Shown: positions 12,035 through 24,455 of the stretch, in pieces
How the letters are laid out: the number at the start of each line of letters is the position of its first letter
Numbering within the stretch: the first letter of the stretch is position 1
Source: Octopus bimaculoides
Lineage: Eukaryota
Assembly: GCF_001194135.2 (NCBI RefSeq)
Contig: NC_068985.1
Span: 121,925,777-121,972,845, forward strand
Direction: 5' to 3'
DNA length: 47,069 nucleotides
Made by a program: the position numbers and the translations under genes
The notes under the pieces: model-generated
The model's input: the letters and a program-made list of their open reading frames with translations, nothing else
Database searches by the model: none
What the model was told of the DNA's origin: nothing

Positions 12035-13061
12035 ATATATATATATATATGTATCTACAAACACATGTAAGTATGTGTAAGTGTGTGACTGCTTGTGTCA
12101 CTGTCTTACAAGCTGTGTCATTCATTTCTAATATTCTGCAAGAACATGTTTGGTCATGGGGAAATATTACCTTACTTGGAAACACGTAAGAGTTGGCAAC
12201 AGGAAGGCATCCAGCTATAGAAAACTCAAACTCCATTTCACTCATGTAAACCTAGAAAAGTGGGCATTAAAATGATAATGATGATGATGATGAAGACAAA
12301 GCTGTTCTCCTGTAAGTTTGCAGAGATATTTATGATTAACATTATTTCTGATAAAATGAAAGACCAGTCAAGTATTAAAATTATTATAATTGACTAATCT
12401 GTTGTCTAAAATTTCTGGACTTGTGCTTATATGAGGAATTATTCTTTTCAATTTCAAGAATAATAGGTTAGCAGAAATGGGAGAGTGTCAGAGGAAATGT
12501 TTAAGTGTTTAGTTTCATCTGTCTTGAGTTCGAATGTCCATATACCAGTTAGATATGCTTTACAGAAATCTTGGAGTTTATAAAATGTGTATTAGTAAGA
12601 TGTGGTGACAGTTGATCTTCTGACCAAACAAAGGTAACCATGTTTCCTTATTTTTTTTTTTTTTGTTTCTTTATTTGCTGAAACTGTCTGTTGTTGCAGC
12701 TTTTGATAGAAATGTCACCATTTTTTGGTGGTCAGGTGAAATTTGAATTTAAAATACACAGATCCAGAACAGATACAACACATCCACATGATGCACTGAT
12801 CCACCCATCCTGGGCTGGTATTTTTTTTTATTAATCCTAAAAGGGTGAGAAGTAAAGTTGACCATGGCAGGATTTGAATTCAGAACATAAAGTGTTGAAA
12901 TAAATACCACAAATCATTCTATCTAACATTACTGACTCTGTCAATTTATCTCCTATCATCATGAATAAACTCTCATACAAGATACTGAGGGTTTATATAC
13001 ACATATATACAATTATTGGTTCTGTACTTTCATTCAAAGATATCATTATTTTCAATTTCAG

Positions 13062-13254
13062 AAAACTGACATTGCAGAACATGCATTATCAGTGCTGGCC
13101 ACAAGCCAAGTGAAGCATGTTCACTTAGTCGGTCGTCGTGGTCCACTACATGTGGCCTTTACTATTAAAGAACTGCGAGAAATGATTCATTTACCAGAAG
13201 CCCGCCCTGTGATGGAAAAAGATGACTTCATATCTTTAGACAGTTTCTTGGAAG
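13062..13254 (+). CDS. FDXR: FDXR exon (193 nt)
   Basis: tttcag|AAAACT...GAAG|gtttgt; [64 protein letters not shown]; ends phase 1. Confidence 0.96.
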
Positions 13255-13534
13255 GTTTGTTTGTTTTCTGTTTTTCCACTGGAACAAGAATTACAGTTTA
13301 GATAGTTAAGAATACTGAATTCTTGGCTCATTGTGCCAATATGTGGGTGTACTAGGTTGTTCTCATTGAGGTTTATTATATTTAGATCAGACAGTGCTAT
13401 TTATAATACAATTCTACTTTTGTACAGTTTACTTGTATTCTCTATTTAAAAAGATGTAACAGAAATGTGATATGAGAGAAGATTAACTTTTCTTTCTCAA
13501 ACAGGCATACATTTATGTAAATATATACATATAT

Positions 13535-13695
13535 AGGCGCAGGTGTGACTTCTCAACCATATGGTTCTGGGTTCAGTCTCACTGCGTGGTACCTTGGGCA
13601 AGTGTCTTCTACTATAGTCTTGGGCTGACCAAAGCCTTGTGAGTGGATTTGGTAGACAGAAACTGAAAGAAGTCTGTTATATATATATATATATG
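13535..13695 (+). mobile_element. SINE family A, 5' half with internal deletion, in (TA)n
   Basis: GGCGCAGGTGTG...GGGTTCAGTCTCACTGCGTGGTACCTTGGGCAAGTGTCTTCTACTATAG. Confidence 0.7.
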
Positions 13696-13904
13696 AACTC
13701 TTTCATAACTCCAACTAAAAAGATTTGTCTCCCCTTACACACACTTCCTGTTTTGACACCACACTTCCTGCTTAACACAAACTTTTAGCTCCTTTTTTTA
13801 AACCTAACACAACTCTCAATTCTCAGGCATCTTTATTTTTCCAACCATTATATACATGAATTACCATTGAACTTCAAAAGCTCAAAGACAATATAATGTA
13901 TTGG

Positions 13905-14126
13905 NNNNNNNNNNNNNNNNNNNNNNNNNNNNNNNNNNNNNNNNNNNNNNNNNNNNNNNNNNNNNNNNNNNNNNNNNNNNNNNNNNNNNNNNNNNNNNNN
14001 NNNNNNNNNNNNNNNNNNNNNNNNNNNNNNNNNNNNNNNNNNNNNNNNNNNNNNNNNNNNNNNNNNNNNNNNNNNNNNNNNNNNNNNNNNNNNNNNNNNN
14101 NNNNNNNNNNNNNNNNNNNNNNNNNN
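13905..14126. other. Assembly gap
   Basis: N run. Confidence 1.
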
Positions 14127-14145
14127 ATATATATATATATATATA

Positions 14146-14345
14146 GTGGCAGATACTGGTATCATGCAGCTACCATAGAAAAGCACCCATTACACTTGCG
14201 GAGTGGTTGGCATTAGGAAGGGCATCCAGCTGTAGAGACCATGCCAAATCAGACTGGAGTCTGGTGCAGCCCCTCAGCTTGCCAGCCCTGGTCATACTGT
14301 CTAACCCATGCCAGCATGGACAAGAGATATTAAATGATTATGATG
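14146..14345 (+). mobile_element. Short copy of the RTE 3' UTR tail
   Basis: AAAAGCACCCATTACACTTGCGGAGTGGTTGGCATTAGGAAGGGCATCCAGC...AAATGATTATGATG. Confidence 0.7.
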
Positions 14346-14433
14346 GTTATATATAAGGAGATAAACTAAATGTGATAATGCATGAGATTGAGCAACTGAA
14401 AACTCATTGTCAGAAATTCCAGCTGAAATCTAT

Positions 14434-14483
<50 letters not shown>

Positions 14484-15322
14484 CGATGTGCATGCGTATA
14501 TAAGGTGAACTGGCAGAGCTGTTAGAGAAGAGTGTTGGGTAAAATGCCTTGTGGTATTTGTTCCAGCTTTCTGCACTCTGAGTCCAAACCCTTCTGAAAT
14601 CAACTTTTCTCCCCATCATTCTTAAGGCGCTGACAAACTAAGTACTAGTTAAGCACTGATATGAATTCTTCTTTCTGTCTCTCAGAATTGGCAACGTTCC
14701 AATGTGAGAAGAGACATGATGTAACTACTCACAGTGTCTCTGAATTAGATTTTTTATTTTTCTTTTGTCCTTTGTTTTGTTTGGAACAAGCAGCATCAGC
14801 ACCATCATCATGATTGTCATCATCATCATCATCATGCAGCTATAACTGAGATTCACTTCACATGCAGTATCAAAAGTCTGTATTTCCTGTTAGCTTTGAT
14901 AGGTCTTCATTTTCATGTTGTGTGTCAGCTGATGACATCATTGTAGTTGTCCTGTATTTGCATGCAGAGGTTTCTGAAATGAGGCATTTGATTTAGTCTG
15001 GTGTTCAATACAATAGCAATGGCTAACAAAGACTTCTCTATATTGAACAGTAGTAGAGATGAGTGGAATGTGTCCATAAATCTCTTCTTTATTTTAGTCA
15101 CAATAATATTCCTAAGTCCATCAATGTTTCAAAACTTTGGCCTTATTTTTTGATTGTTGATAGTGATACATTTTTGCTGCATTTTGTAGTAGGCAGCAAA
15201 AGATCATGGGAATAATATTGTTGTAACTGATAAACTCATTATCTCTGGATTTAAAGTACATTACTTTCGTAGCTTTTTTATGTGTGTTGTATCTGTATGT
15301 TAATATTTAATTTGTATGAAGG

Positions 15323-15683
15323 TGTAGTGACGTCATTTGGCGTCAAAATACAGTCGCCATTACTGCGTTTTCATCCACGCATGCGCAGGGAATAGTTCCG
15401 GAAGGAACACAGGAAGAGTCCCATGCGCATGCGTGGAATTCAACATCTGAGGCATTCCCGCTCTTTTCATTCTCTTTTCTCGCTGGCCGGCGAAGAGGAC
15501 AGACGTCCAACAGCGGAGCTCTCTAACATGTCAGCACCAGAGCTTCACAAATAACTGCTGCCTATTTCCTCCATAAATAAATATTGTTGTGTTGATAGTT
15601 CAGAGTCAGCGTTTCGTTGTTTATTCCGAATTTAATATAGGAAAGCAGGTGTACACCTAATGGTGTATAACCACTTTCCTAAA
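15323..15683 (+). mobile_element. Solo LTR (Ty3/Gypsy-like), copy 2
   Basis: TGTAGTGACG...CTTTCCTAAA; 4-bp TSD AAGG at 15319-15322 and 15684-15687; AATAAA in the 3' third. Confidence 0.75.
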
Positions 15684-16439
15684 AAGGCAAGAAGCAGGCA
15701 GAATTGTTACCACCCCGGAAAAAATGCTTAGTGGCATTTCTTCAGACTTTATGTTCTGAGTTCAGATGCTACTGAGGTTGAATTTTCCTTTTGTCCTTTC
15801 AGAGTCGATGAAATAAGTATCAGTTGAACACTGGGGTTGATTTAATGGACTTGCCCTTCCTCCAAAATTGCTGGCCTTGTGCCAAAATTTGAAATCAACA
15901 TTTAGTTTGTATTTTGATATTCGTAATCCTAGTTAATCTCCTTGGATTATAGTAAAAAACAGCTGGGTTTTTTTTTTCATAAATTATTAGCTTTTTGTAT
16001 TTTTAGTTTATTTCAATTGACTCAGAAAAGTTATAATAGCTGACTAAATGAAGTTTTAGTCTCATATGTGGTTATTTTTTATGTTGAGAACATTGTAAAT
16101 AATCAATCTCACTTTTTATTAATTACATACATGAAGGCAGCAGTTGACAGAATTGTTAACATGATGGACAAAATGCTTAGCAGCATTTCATCCATCTTTA
16201 CTATCTTAGTTCAAATGCTGCCAAGGTCGACTTTGCCTTTCATCCTTTTGGTGTCAATGAAATAAGTATCAGTTGGATTAATTACACACATGATCAACAT
16301 CTTTATAAGTGAATTATCAGTTAATCTCATTTCTTAACAGCTCTCCATGTTTTTTATTACATGGCTTCACAACCACATAGTTTGTGGTTTGATCTCATTG
16401 CATGACATCTTGGAAACTGTTTTCTATTATAATGGGTCA

Positions 16440-18195
16440 GAGGGTGAAAATCAAAATGTTCCATCTCCATCACCTCTGACACCGGACTCTATAACTACTA
16501 TGAAATTTACACCAGCAATGCTACAACGCCACCTTAAGAATAAACGTAACTATGCCTCTTCTGGTCTCGATGATGTTACATACCTACTTCTCAAACGTGG
16601 TGGGTACTTTCTTCTGAACCAGCTTTCACTATTCTTTCAATTCTGTCTTGACGATGGTGTTACTCCAGAGCAGTGGAAAACTGCCAGTGTTATCCATCTG
16701 TTCAAAAAAGGTGACCACACATCGCCTGTCAACTATCACCCCGTCAGTTTTACTAGCTGCATCGCCAGACTGATGGAATTCTCTGTCAGAGAAACCCTCT
16801 GGAACTTCTGGAGGTCTCACAGCCTCATCCAGCCGTCACAATTTGGATTTATTCCTAACTCCAGCTACTGTAATCAACTCCTTGAGTTTCTTGAGGACAT
16901 TACCCGAATCACTGATGGTGGCTCCTGAGTGGATGTTGTTTACCTTGACTTTGCTAAGGCTTTTAATTCTGTGCCACACAAAAGACTTATGGTGAAACTC
17001 TCTGCAATGGGTGTAAGAGATGATCTTTATAACTGGTTGAAGTCCTTCATTATCGGCTGAAAAGAGGTTGTTACAGTTCTAGGACAGCACTCTTCACCAT
17101 ATGAGATGACATCTGGGGTACCACAGGGATCTGTTCTTGGCCCCCTTTTATTTGTTGCATATATTAATGACATAGATGCTAACTTAAAGAATATGCCACA
17201 GTGCTGAAATATGCAGATGACATCAAGCTGTACCTTGAAATAAAGAGGACAGATCCTGTACACTATAGATCTTTATTGCAATCAGACCTGGACACAATGC
17301 AACAACGGATCATGGACTGGCAACTCAAGCTGGCTGTGGACAAATGTTCCACCATGCATTTTGGGAGGAAAAACCCAGCGTCTGCTTACTCCCTCCACAA
17401 CACTAATCTCAAAAAGTCTTCTTGTGAACGTGATCTGGACATTATTGTCGACAGCGATTTGCGTTGGACAAATCACATTGCTAAAATTGCCAAGAAGGCT
17501 GAGGGTGTCTTNNNNNNNNNNATTGCTAAAATTGCCAAGAAGGCTGAGGGTGTCTTGGCATCACTTACCAAGTCCTTTGTGAGCCACTCTCCGGCTATCT
17601 ATCTGAGGCTTTATATAGCTATGATGCGGCCTTACCTGTAATTTGCGTCCCCGGTCTGGAACCCCGATCTTGCCCACGATATTAATCGTCTGGAAACCGT
17701 TCAGCAACGTGCAACCAAGAGAATACCCTCTATCAGGCATTTGCCATATCCTGAACGCCTTACTACCCTGAAACTCCAACGTCTGGCAAATGACTTGGCA
17801 GACGCCCTTAAAATTATTAACCATCTTACTTACAATAACTCTGAGCACCTTTTCAAACTCCACCTGTCTAACACCTGTGGACATGTTTACAAAGTCAGAA
17901 AGCAGCACAGCTTCCATGACTTTCGGAAACACTTTTTCACGCTAAGAGTTGCTGAAGTATGGAACAAACTGCCAGCATCAGTTGTTAGTTGTCGGAGGAC
18001 TGCATCCTTCAAAACTTCCATGCTTCCTGAGATTCGCCAACACTACACCTGATTTTCTCCCCTCCATACACACACAAGCATGTATCTGACTCATACACTG
18101 TTCACTTTCCAGGCATTTGTACAATACTGCATATGCTTTATATGCACTTTTGACAAGTTGTAGTGCACCTGAGCACTGTATACAATAATTTCATT
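16440..18195 (+). mobile_element. 5'-truncated CR1/Jockey-group LINE (RT and C-terminal region, frameshifted)
   Basis: WKTASVIHLFKKG, YHPVSFTS, QPSQFGF, YLDFAKAF, GVPQGSVLGPLLF (DNA GGGGTACCACAGGGATCTGTTCTTGGCCCC), KYADD, VQQRATKRIP; premature stops present; 3' UTR ends in (ATT)n. Confidence 0.9.
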
Positions 18196-18313
18196 ATTAT
18201 TGTTATTTTAACTTGTCCAAATGTTGACAAGTTACAAAAGAAAATGTATAATCGTATTGAAAATATAACTTTTTCCCCCCCCCTGATAGATATAGTTTCT
18301 CTGCTCCTTTCAG

Positions 18314-18507
18314 CTCTACCTCGTCCTCGCCGTCGGCTCACTGAACTGCTTTATAAGACAGCTATTACACCAACTGAGAAAGACTTGAAAATGTGGAAAG
18401 ATGCAATTCGCAAATGGTTTTTGCACTTTCAGAGAAGTCCAAGGGAGATAATCAGTGATGCGTCATCAAAAGTAACTGCTGTAAGATTAACAGTCAACCA
18501 ACTAGAG
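18314..18507 (+). CDS. FDXR: FDXR exon (194 nt)
   Basis: tttcag|CTCTAC...CTAGAG|gtagga; (A)LPRPRRRLTELLYKTA...WFLHFQRSPREII...VRLTVNQLE. Confidence 0.95.
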
Positions 18508-18688
18508 GTAGGAATTTCAAATGTTAAAATAGGAAGAAAAAAAAAAAAAGTCGCTGAAACACTATAGCTTCAACTATACGTACACAGTTCTCCCATCAAG
18601 GTTTATTTGTCTTTCAGTCCATTGAATTCGATCAAATAGGCAGCATGAGTCAACCGAATTAAGTATATTACAACCCATAAAAAAATTG

Positions 18689-19056
18689 GATACTTTTTGG
18701 TTATCTCACCCCAATTAAAAAACTGGGTTATCTCCCCCAACAAAAAAAATTGTTTAACCCTCAATAAAACAAAAAAATGAAAAATTAATAAACATGAAAA
18801 TAAAATTTTTATAAACAAATCATACAAAACTGAAAAAATTAAACATCTTATTGAATCTAATAACATTTTTATAACAAACCATAACATGCCTATTGAAGAG
18901 GCCAAAAGTCAACACTGTGTTGAAGTATTGAATCAAAAGGATCTAACCCTTTTAATCCAATCTCTTGTTGCCACATAAACTCAACATTTTAGTGGAGAGA
19001 TAACCCAGTTTTTTAATGGCAAATTTTTAATGGGGGTGAGATAACCAAAAAGTACC
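18689..19056. mobile_element. MITE-like element with ~33-bp TIRs and subterminal repeats
   Basis: TACTTTTTGGTTATCTCACCCCAATTAAAAA at left versus TTTTTAATGGGGGTGAGATAACCAAAAAGTA at right, plus an inner CTGGGTTATCTC / GAGATAACCCAG pair. Confidence 0.7.
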
Positions 19057-19062
19057 AAAAAT

Positions 19063-19573
19063 TGTGGCCACATGGTGGATTTTCAAGATATAGCCTTCCT
19101 AGATCATCGCAGATCCTCCTCCATATTTAACAGTTGGAAGAATGCAGTCTGGGTCAAATGCATCTTTTGGCTGTATATTCAGCTGGTGGTCAGAAATAAG
19201 GTAAAAGATGACTCATCTGAGAAAATAGCATTCTTCCACTGCTCTAGGGACCAATTCTTGAAGGTTGTCATTACTTTCAAGACAGTACTTCTTGATACAC
19301 CAAACATTTCAGTTGGTTTTGTTACGCTAACACCTGCCATATGAGCATCAACAATCTGACCTCTTTGAAAGCCCGATAGATCTGTCATTTTAATGAATTG
19401 TAATTACCTTTTTCTGATGATATCTGAAAAAAAAGCAGCAATTTTAGCAAAACATATTAAGCAACACTAATAATAAATGAAAAAACAAAAATAAACAAGC
19501 TTTTGACGGTTTTATGGAAATTTCAAAATTATGATGCTATGATGCTAGGTGTTTCCATTATTTTGTCCAACCC

Positions 19574-19576
<3 letters not shown>
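19063..19576 (-). mobile_element. Tc1-family transposon fragment with internal deletion
   Basis: TA|CAGGGGTTGGACAAAATAATGGAAACACC left TIR; MTDLSGFQRGQIV...GVSRSTV HTH joined directly to WKNAIFSDESSF (first catalytic Asp motif). Confidence 0.85.
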
Positions 19577-19669
<93 letters not shown>

Positions 19670-19998
19670 CACCATCACCTTCCATGATGACTGATTTTTG
19701 TATTCCATCATAATCTTCAATAAACTGCATATGTTAAATATTAGAATGGTTTCTAAATCTTAAAATAATAGAACAAAGTTTATGTGTATTTAGCAATTTA
19801 GTAGTTAATAATGCATTTGATACAAAAGTATTAAAAAGATCTGGAAATTTGAAAAATTGAATTTTGTAAATATTGGTTCAAAGAAAAAAAACAACCTCTA
19901 AATAGATATAGGAATATATTAATATATGCATAAATTTTTCTGTATTGAATTTTGATATTATTATTGATAAGTATTTCTTACCATTTCTATTCTCATAG

Positions 19999-20064
19999 GG
20001 TGAAGAACCATTAAACGAGAAAGCAGTTCCTACAAATGAAACAGTCGACTTACCATGTGGATTG
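19999..20064 (+). CDS. FDXR: FDXR exon (66 nt)
   Basis: tctcatag|GGTGAA...GGATTG|gtatgt; GEEPLNEKAVPTNETVDLPCGL. Confidence 0.93.
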
Positions 20065-20094
20065 GTATGTATTTTGCTATTTTGTTATTATCAT

Positions 20095-20330
20095 TGTCAT
20101 CATAATTTAACTTCTGTTTTTCATGCTGGCATGGGTTGAGCAGTTTGTCTAGGGACCTCATTATTGGTCAGTATGGCCAAGGGCATCACCATGCTCCTTT
20201 GTCTGTTATGGCATGGTTTCTACAGGTGGATGTTTCCTAATGCCAACCACTGCACAGAATGTGCTGGGTTCTTTTTATGTGGCACCATCACCAATGCTTT
20301 CTTTGAGGCACCAGCACTGAAATCAATTCT
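20095..20330 (-). mobile_element. Short copy of the RTE 3' UTR tail
   Basis: CATCATAATTTAACTTCTGTTTTCATGCTGGCATGGGTT...GGATGTTTCCTAATGCCAACCAC, reverse complement of the tail family. Confidence 0.65.
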
Positions 20331-20834
20331 GCTGTGGCAGACGGGTCTCCTTGACTACAGCAATGCACCAGATATTTAGGTCCTTTGTATTTCTTTGTGA
20401 TGGAGTGGGTAACATGTTTTAAGTTTATAGTGAAGTGTTACTTGTGGAACTCTTTGAAAGAGTTCATGATTTATTAGATCTGAAAATGGTGAGGCTCATA
20501 GATGAGAGAATATGTGCTTGAAATAAATGAAATCGTACTATATTGTAGACACACACAACTTATGTCACCATGAAAAGTAAATATTAAGCAACAACAGCGG
20601 TGACAGAAGTAGTGGGGCAGGAGCATTGATGCTGATGTCTAGCCCAAAATCAGTTAAAGGGAACTAATCATTGTAAGGTAGTTAGTTTAACTGTTCTAAT
20701 TATTATAAAGTAATGTAGTTTCACAGAACAAGTGCATACAGAGCTAATAAATAGAGTCAGGTTAGTAGTGAAATGTAGACCCTATATGAATGTTTTAATA
20801 ATGAGTGCAAAATGCATATTATTTATATATGGGT

Positions 20835-20865
<31 letters not shown>

Positions 20866-21015
20866 AGTACCTTATTTACTTAGAACTAATGAAATAGAAT
20901 AAATGATTTATAAACAAAGGTAATTTCAAAATTATAGGCTTATGCCAACTGGCCCACTCAGCACTCTGTTCTGGTTTGATCATGAGGTATATAGTTTAAC
21001 TGAATGAATCTTCAA

Positions 21016-21094
21016 CTATAGCCTTGGGCTGACCAAAGCTTTGTGAGTGGATTTTGTAGACAGAAACTGAAAGAAGGCCATCACATATATATAC

Positions 21095-21145
<51 letters not shown>

Positions 21146-21428
21146 CACACACACACACCTATATATAATGTGTGTGTGTGTGTGTGTGTGTATCTATATG
21201 TGCATGTGTGTCTTTGGGTCCGTGTTTGTCCTCCACTGCTTGACAAACAGTGTTGGTGTTTTTACATCCCTATAACTTAACACTTTGGCAAAAACTGACA
21301 GATAGAATAAGTGCTAGGCTTAAAATAATAATAATGACTAGGATCTATTCATTTGACTAAAATGCTTCAAGGCAGTGCCTCAGCATGGCCATACTATTGT
21401 GAGTGAAACAACTAAAACATAAAAGATA
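21016..21428 (+). mobile_element. SINE family A, head missing
   Basis: ACTATAGCCTTGGGCTGACCAAAGC...microsatellite...CTCAGCATGGCCATAC tail. Confidence 0.65.
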
Positions 21429-21943
21429 ACAGAATTGATTGTTATTATAAAGGGGTTAGTTTTCTAGTTCACTGTTTCTGTCATTTCATTGCCTTTAACC
21501 CTTTAACATTCGGACTTCTTTGTCAAATGTAATGCTTATTTATTCACATTGTTTTGAATTAATCACACATTATTTTGCACAGTCATGGGATTGAGAAGTG
21601 CATTTCTTAATCATGCAGCCATATTTGCACCCTAAATCTACTTGCTTTAGTTTGCTTGATAGAATTTCTCTCCCCACAATTTTCAGTGGAATGATTCACA
21701 TTAGGAAGGACATCGAATTATAGAAGCACCTGTTTCAACATATAAACCACTCATGAAAAAAACATATGCACAACAGTAGCAGAAAATCCTCCTAAAGTTT
21801 CTCAAGTTGGGTTTTGTTCATTACTGATGGTTGTGTTGCTTGGTAGTTTTGTTGTTTCAAACATTTTCTGTTATCTGTTTTCTGAGATATTCATAAATGT
21901 TATCACCTATCAATGTTTTTTTGTTTTTTTGTATATTTGATAG

Positions 21944-22052
21944 GTACTCAGCAGCATTGGTTACCAGAGTATTCCATTAGAATCACATTTACCATTTGAT
22001 GCAGTTAAAGGAATAATGCCAAATGACAAGGGCAGAGTCACTGGTGCCGATG
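21944..22052 (+). CDS. FDXR: FDXR exon (109 nt)
   Basis: ttgatag|GTACTC...GATG|gtatgc; VLSSIGYQSIPLESHLPFDAVKGIMPNDKGRVTGAD(G). Confidence 0.96.
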
Positions 22053-22140
22053 GTATGCCATACTTGCTGCTGTAACATCTACCATTACCACCACCACCTT
22101 CTTCTTCTTCTTCTTCTTCTTCTTCTTCATTGTTGTTGTT

Positions 22141-22357
22141 GCTATTATTATTACTATTATTATTATTATTATTATTATTATTGAGTGAGAGAGAAATGCA
22201 TGCCATCAAATATATGAAATCCAATACACCCATCTGTCCGATAAGAGTACACCAGGCACATTCAGCACAACCATATGTGCGCAACATGGTGACCTTATAT
22301 CAAGATAAACAGAGCTTGACCTTGCAGATGGGGCCCAGTTAGAATTTTCTTCGAGGC
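22141..22357 (-). mobile_element. 3' end of a retroposon with (AAT)n tail
   Basis: Non-coding body ending GGCATGCATTTCTCTCTCACTC-AATAATAAT on minus; tail merges into a compound microsatellite; family not identified. Confidence 0.5.
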
Positions 22358-22359
22358 AT

Positions 22360-24455
22360 GTTGATGTGTGTTATGTCTGTATGCTATGTACAAGAAGCAA
22401 GGTGAAGAGGAGCTTCAGCCAGGGTCTTTGCAGGCAAAGCACATAGGTATAAACTCTTCTGGGAAGGTAACAGTGACAGAGTAGGGGGCATGGGCATATT
22501 TCTTGCAGAGAAATGGGTGCATAAGGCCGTAGAGGTAGTCAGGGTATGCTTAAACTCAGGCAAGTCTTGCAGAATAGTATAGCTACAATTATCTCTGCCT
22601 ATGCCCCACAAATGGGCTTGCCAAATGAACAGAAGGATCACTTTTATGATATTCTTCTGCAGGCTACCTCAAAAATGAGTGACAATGATCTCATTTTTGT
22701 GGTTAGAGATTTTAATGGGCATGTTGGACAGCATCCTGGTATCTTCCATGATGTACATGGGGGCCATGGAAATGGTTCCCAAAACAAAGAGGGAAATAGG
22801 CTCCTGGAGTTCTGTGATACAAATAACCTATTGATCTGCAACACCAACTTCAGGAAGCCAGCCAGCCACCTGATGACCTATCAAGCAGGTGACTCAGCTA
22901 GTCAGATTGATTTCATTCTCACCAGACAGTGGGATGCATGGTTGCTCTTAAATACAAAGACTCTCCCTGGTGAAGAGTGTACCCCCCAGCATAGACCAGT
23001 TATTAGTGACTTTAGACTTAAGGCCAGAAGGATGCCAAGGAGCAGACCAATCTGGAAAAGAAGGATTTGGAAGCTTAAGAACCCTTCACATAGAAATTTA
23101 GGGATATCCTCACTGAGAAATTTGATGAGAGGGAGGAGGAGCTACAGACTTGTGATACAGAAGGCAACTGGGAATTCCTGCAAAGCAGCTTGCTGAGTGC
23201 CACAGACCAAATCTGTGGCTGGTGCAAAGTCCCTTCTAGACCTAGGGTAATGTAGTGGTGGAACAATACTGTACCCAGGGCCATTAGAGCAAAGAAACAG
23301 GCCTGGAAGAGTTGGGGTAGCACGGAACTGTATCAGATAGCCAGAAGGAAAGCTAGAAGGTAGGTATATATAGCCAAGGGAGAAGCAGAAAAGAAGAAGT
23401 TTGTCAATGTTTAGTGATGTGAGGACCAAAGAACTGAAGTATTTCAGCTTGCAAGACAGTGTGTGAGAGTAAATCATGATGTCATAGGAGAGAAACGTTT
23501 CCACATGGATTATGGTGCACTTGTATTTAAAGATTCTGCAAAGAAAGAGGCTTGGAGATGCCATTATGAAAGGAGGAGAGTCTGCCAAAGGTTGACCCAA
23601 TTGAGGAACAAGCTACCCGAATTGACAGTACCCTAGTAGATAAAGCAATTAAGGATATGAAGGTAGGGAAAGCACCTGGCCCATCAGGAATCACCGCTGA
23701 GATGCTTAAAATATCTGGCAGTGTGGGTTATGGTCTAGTCACCCGCATCATAAATCAGGTAGTTCATGAAGGAGTCATACCCAATGACTGGTGTAGCAGT
23801 ACCATAGTTGACTGCTACAAAGGTAAAGGTGATGCTTCAGATAGAAATAGTTACAGAGGCATCGTATTGTTGGATCAGATGATGAAAGTTATGGAGAGGG
23901 TCATGGCCCAACTAATTAGGGAGAGAGTCTGCTTAGATGAGATGCAGTTTGGTTTTGTGCCAGGTAGAAGCACCACTGATACTATATTCCTGGTAAGGCA
24001 ACTGCAGGAGAAATACATAACCAAAGATAAACCTCTGTACTTGGCTTTTGTTGACTTGGAGAAAACCTTTGACAGGGTCCCCTGATCCATTGTCTGGTGA
24101 TCAATGTGGAAACTATGTATAGACGAGTGGTTGGTAAGAGCACCATTCGAGCGTGGGTCGATGCTAGTTCCATTGGACTGGCTCCCTGTGCCAGTGGCAC
24201 CCAAAAAGCACCATCTGAATGTGGTCAATGCCAGTGCCCCCTGATTGGCTCCTGTGCTGGTGGTACATAAAAGGCACCCACTACACTCTCAGAGTAGTTG
24301 GTATTAGGTAGAGCTTCCAGCTGTAGAAACATTGCCAAATCAGATTGGAACCTGGTGCAGCCCATTGGCTTGCCAGACCTCAGTCGAACCATCCAACTCA
24401 TGCCAGCATGGAAAGCAGACATTAAACGGTGATGAGGATCATGATGATGATGGTG
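22360..24455 (+). mobile_element. RTE-clade LINE: APE endonuclease, N-terminal RT, internal deletion, 3' UTR and (GAT)n tail
   Basis: QEARWRG-like motif, ISAYAPQ, RDFNGHVG, SQIDFIL, QHRPVISD, GKAPGPSGI, YKGKGD, YRGIVLL, QFGFVPGRSTTD, AFVDLEKTFDRVP; ORF stops at EWLVRA (~24141) and joins the UTR. Confidence 0.92.

Noticed and set aside
17477-17556. 35-bp direct duplication in the CR1-like RT
   Set aside because: It flanks a 10-N gap (17512-17521), the typical signature of overlapping contig ends, so it is an assembly artefact.
18163-18313. In-frame N-terminal extension of the FDXR exon in ORF 18163-18567
   Set aside because: It is LINE tail plus intron; the AG at 18312-18313 gives the correct phase and homology starts there.
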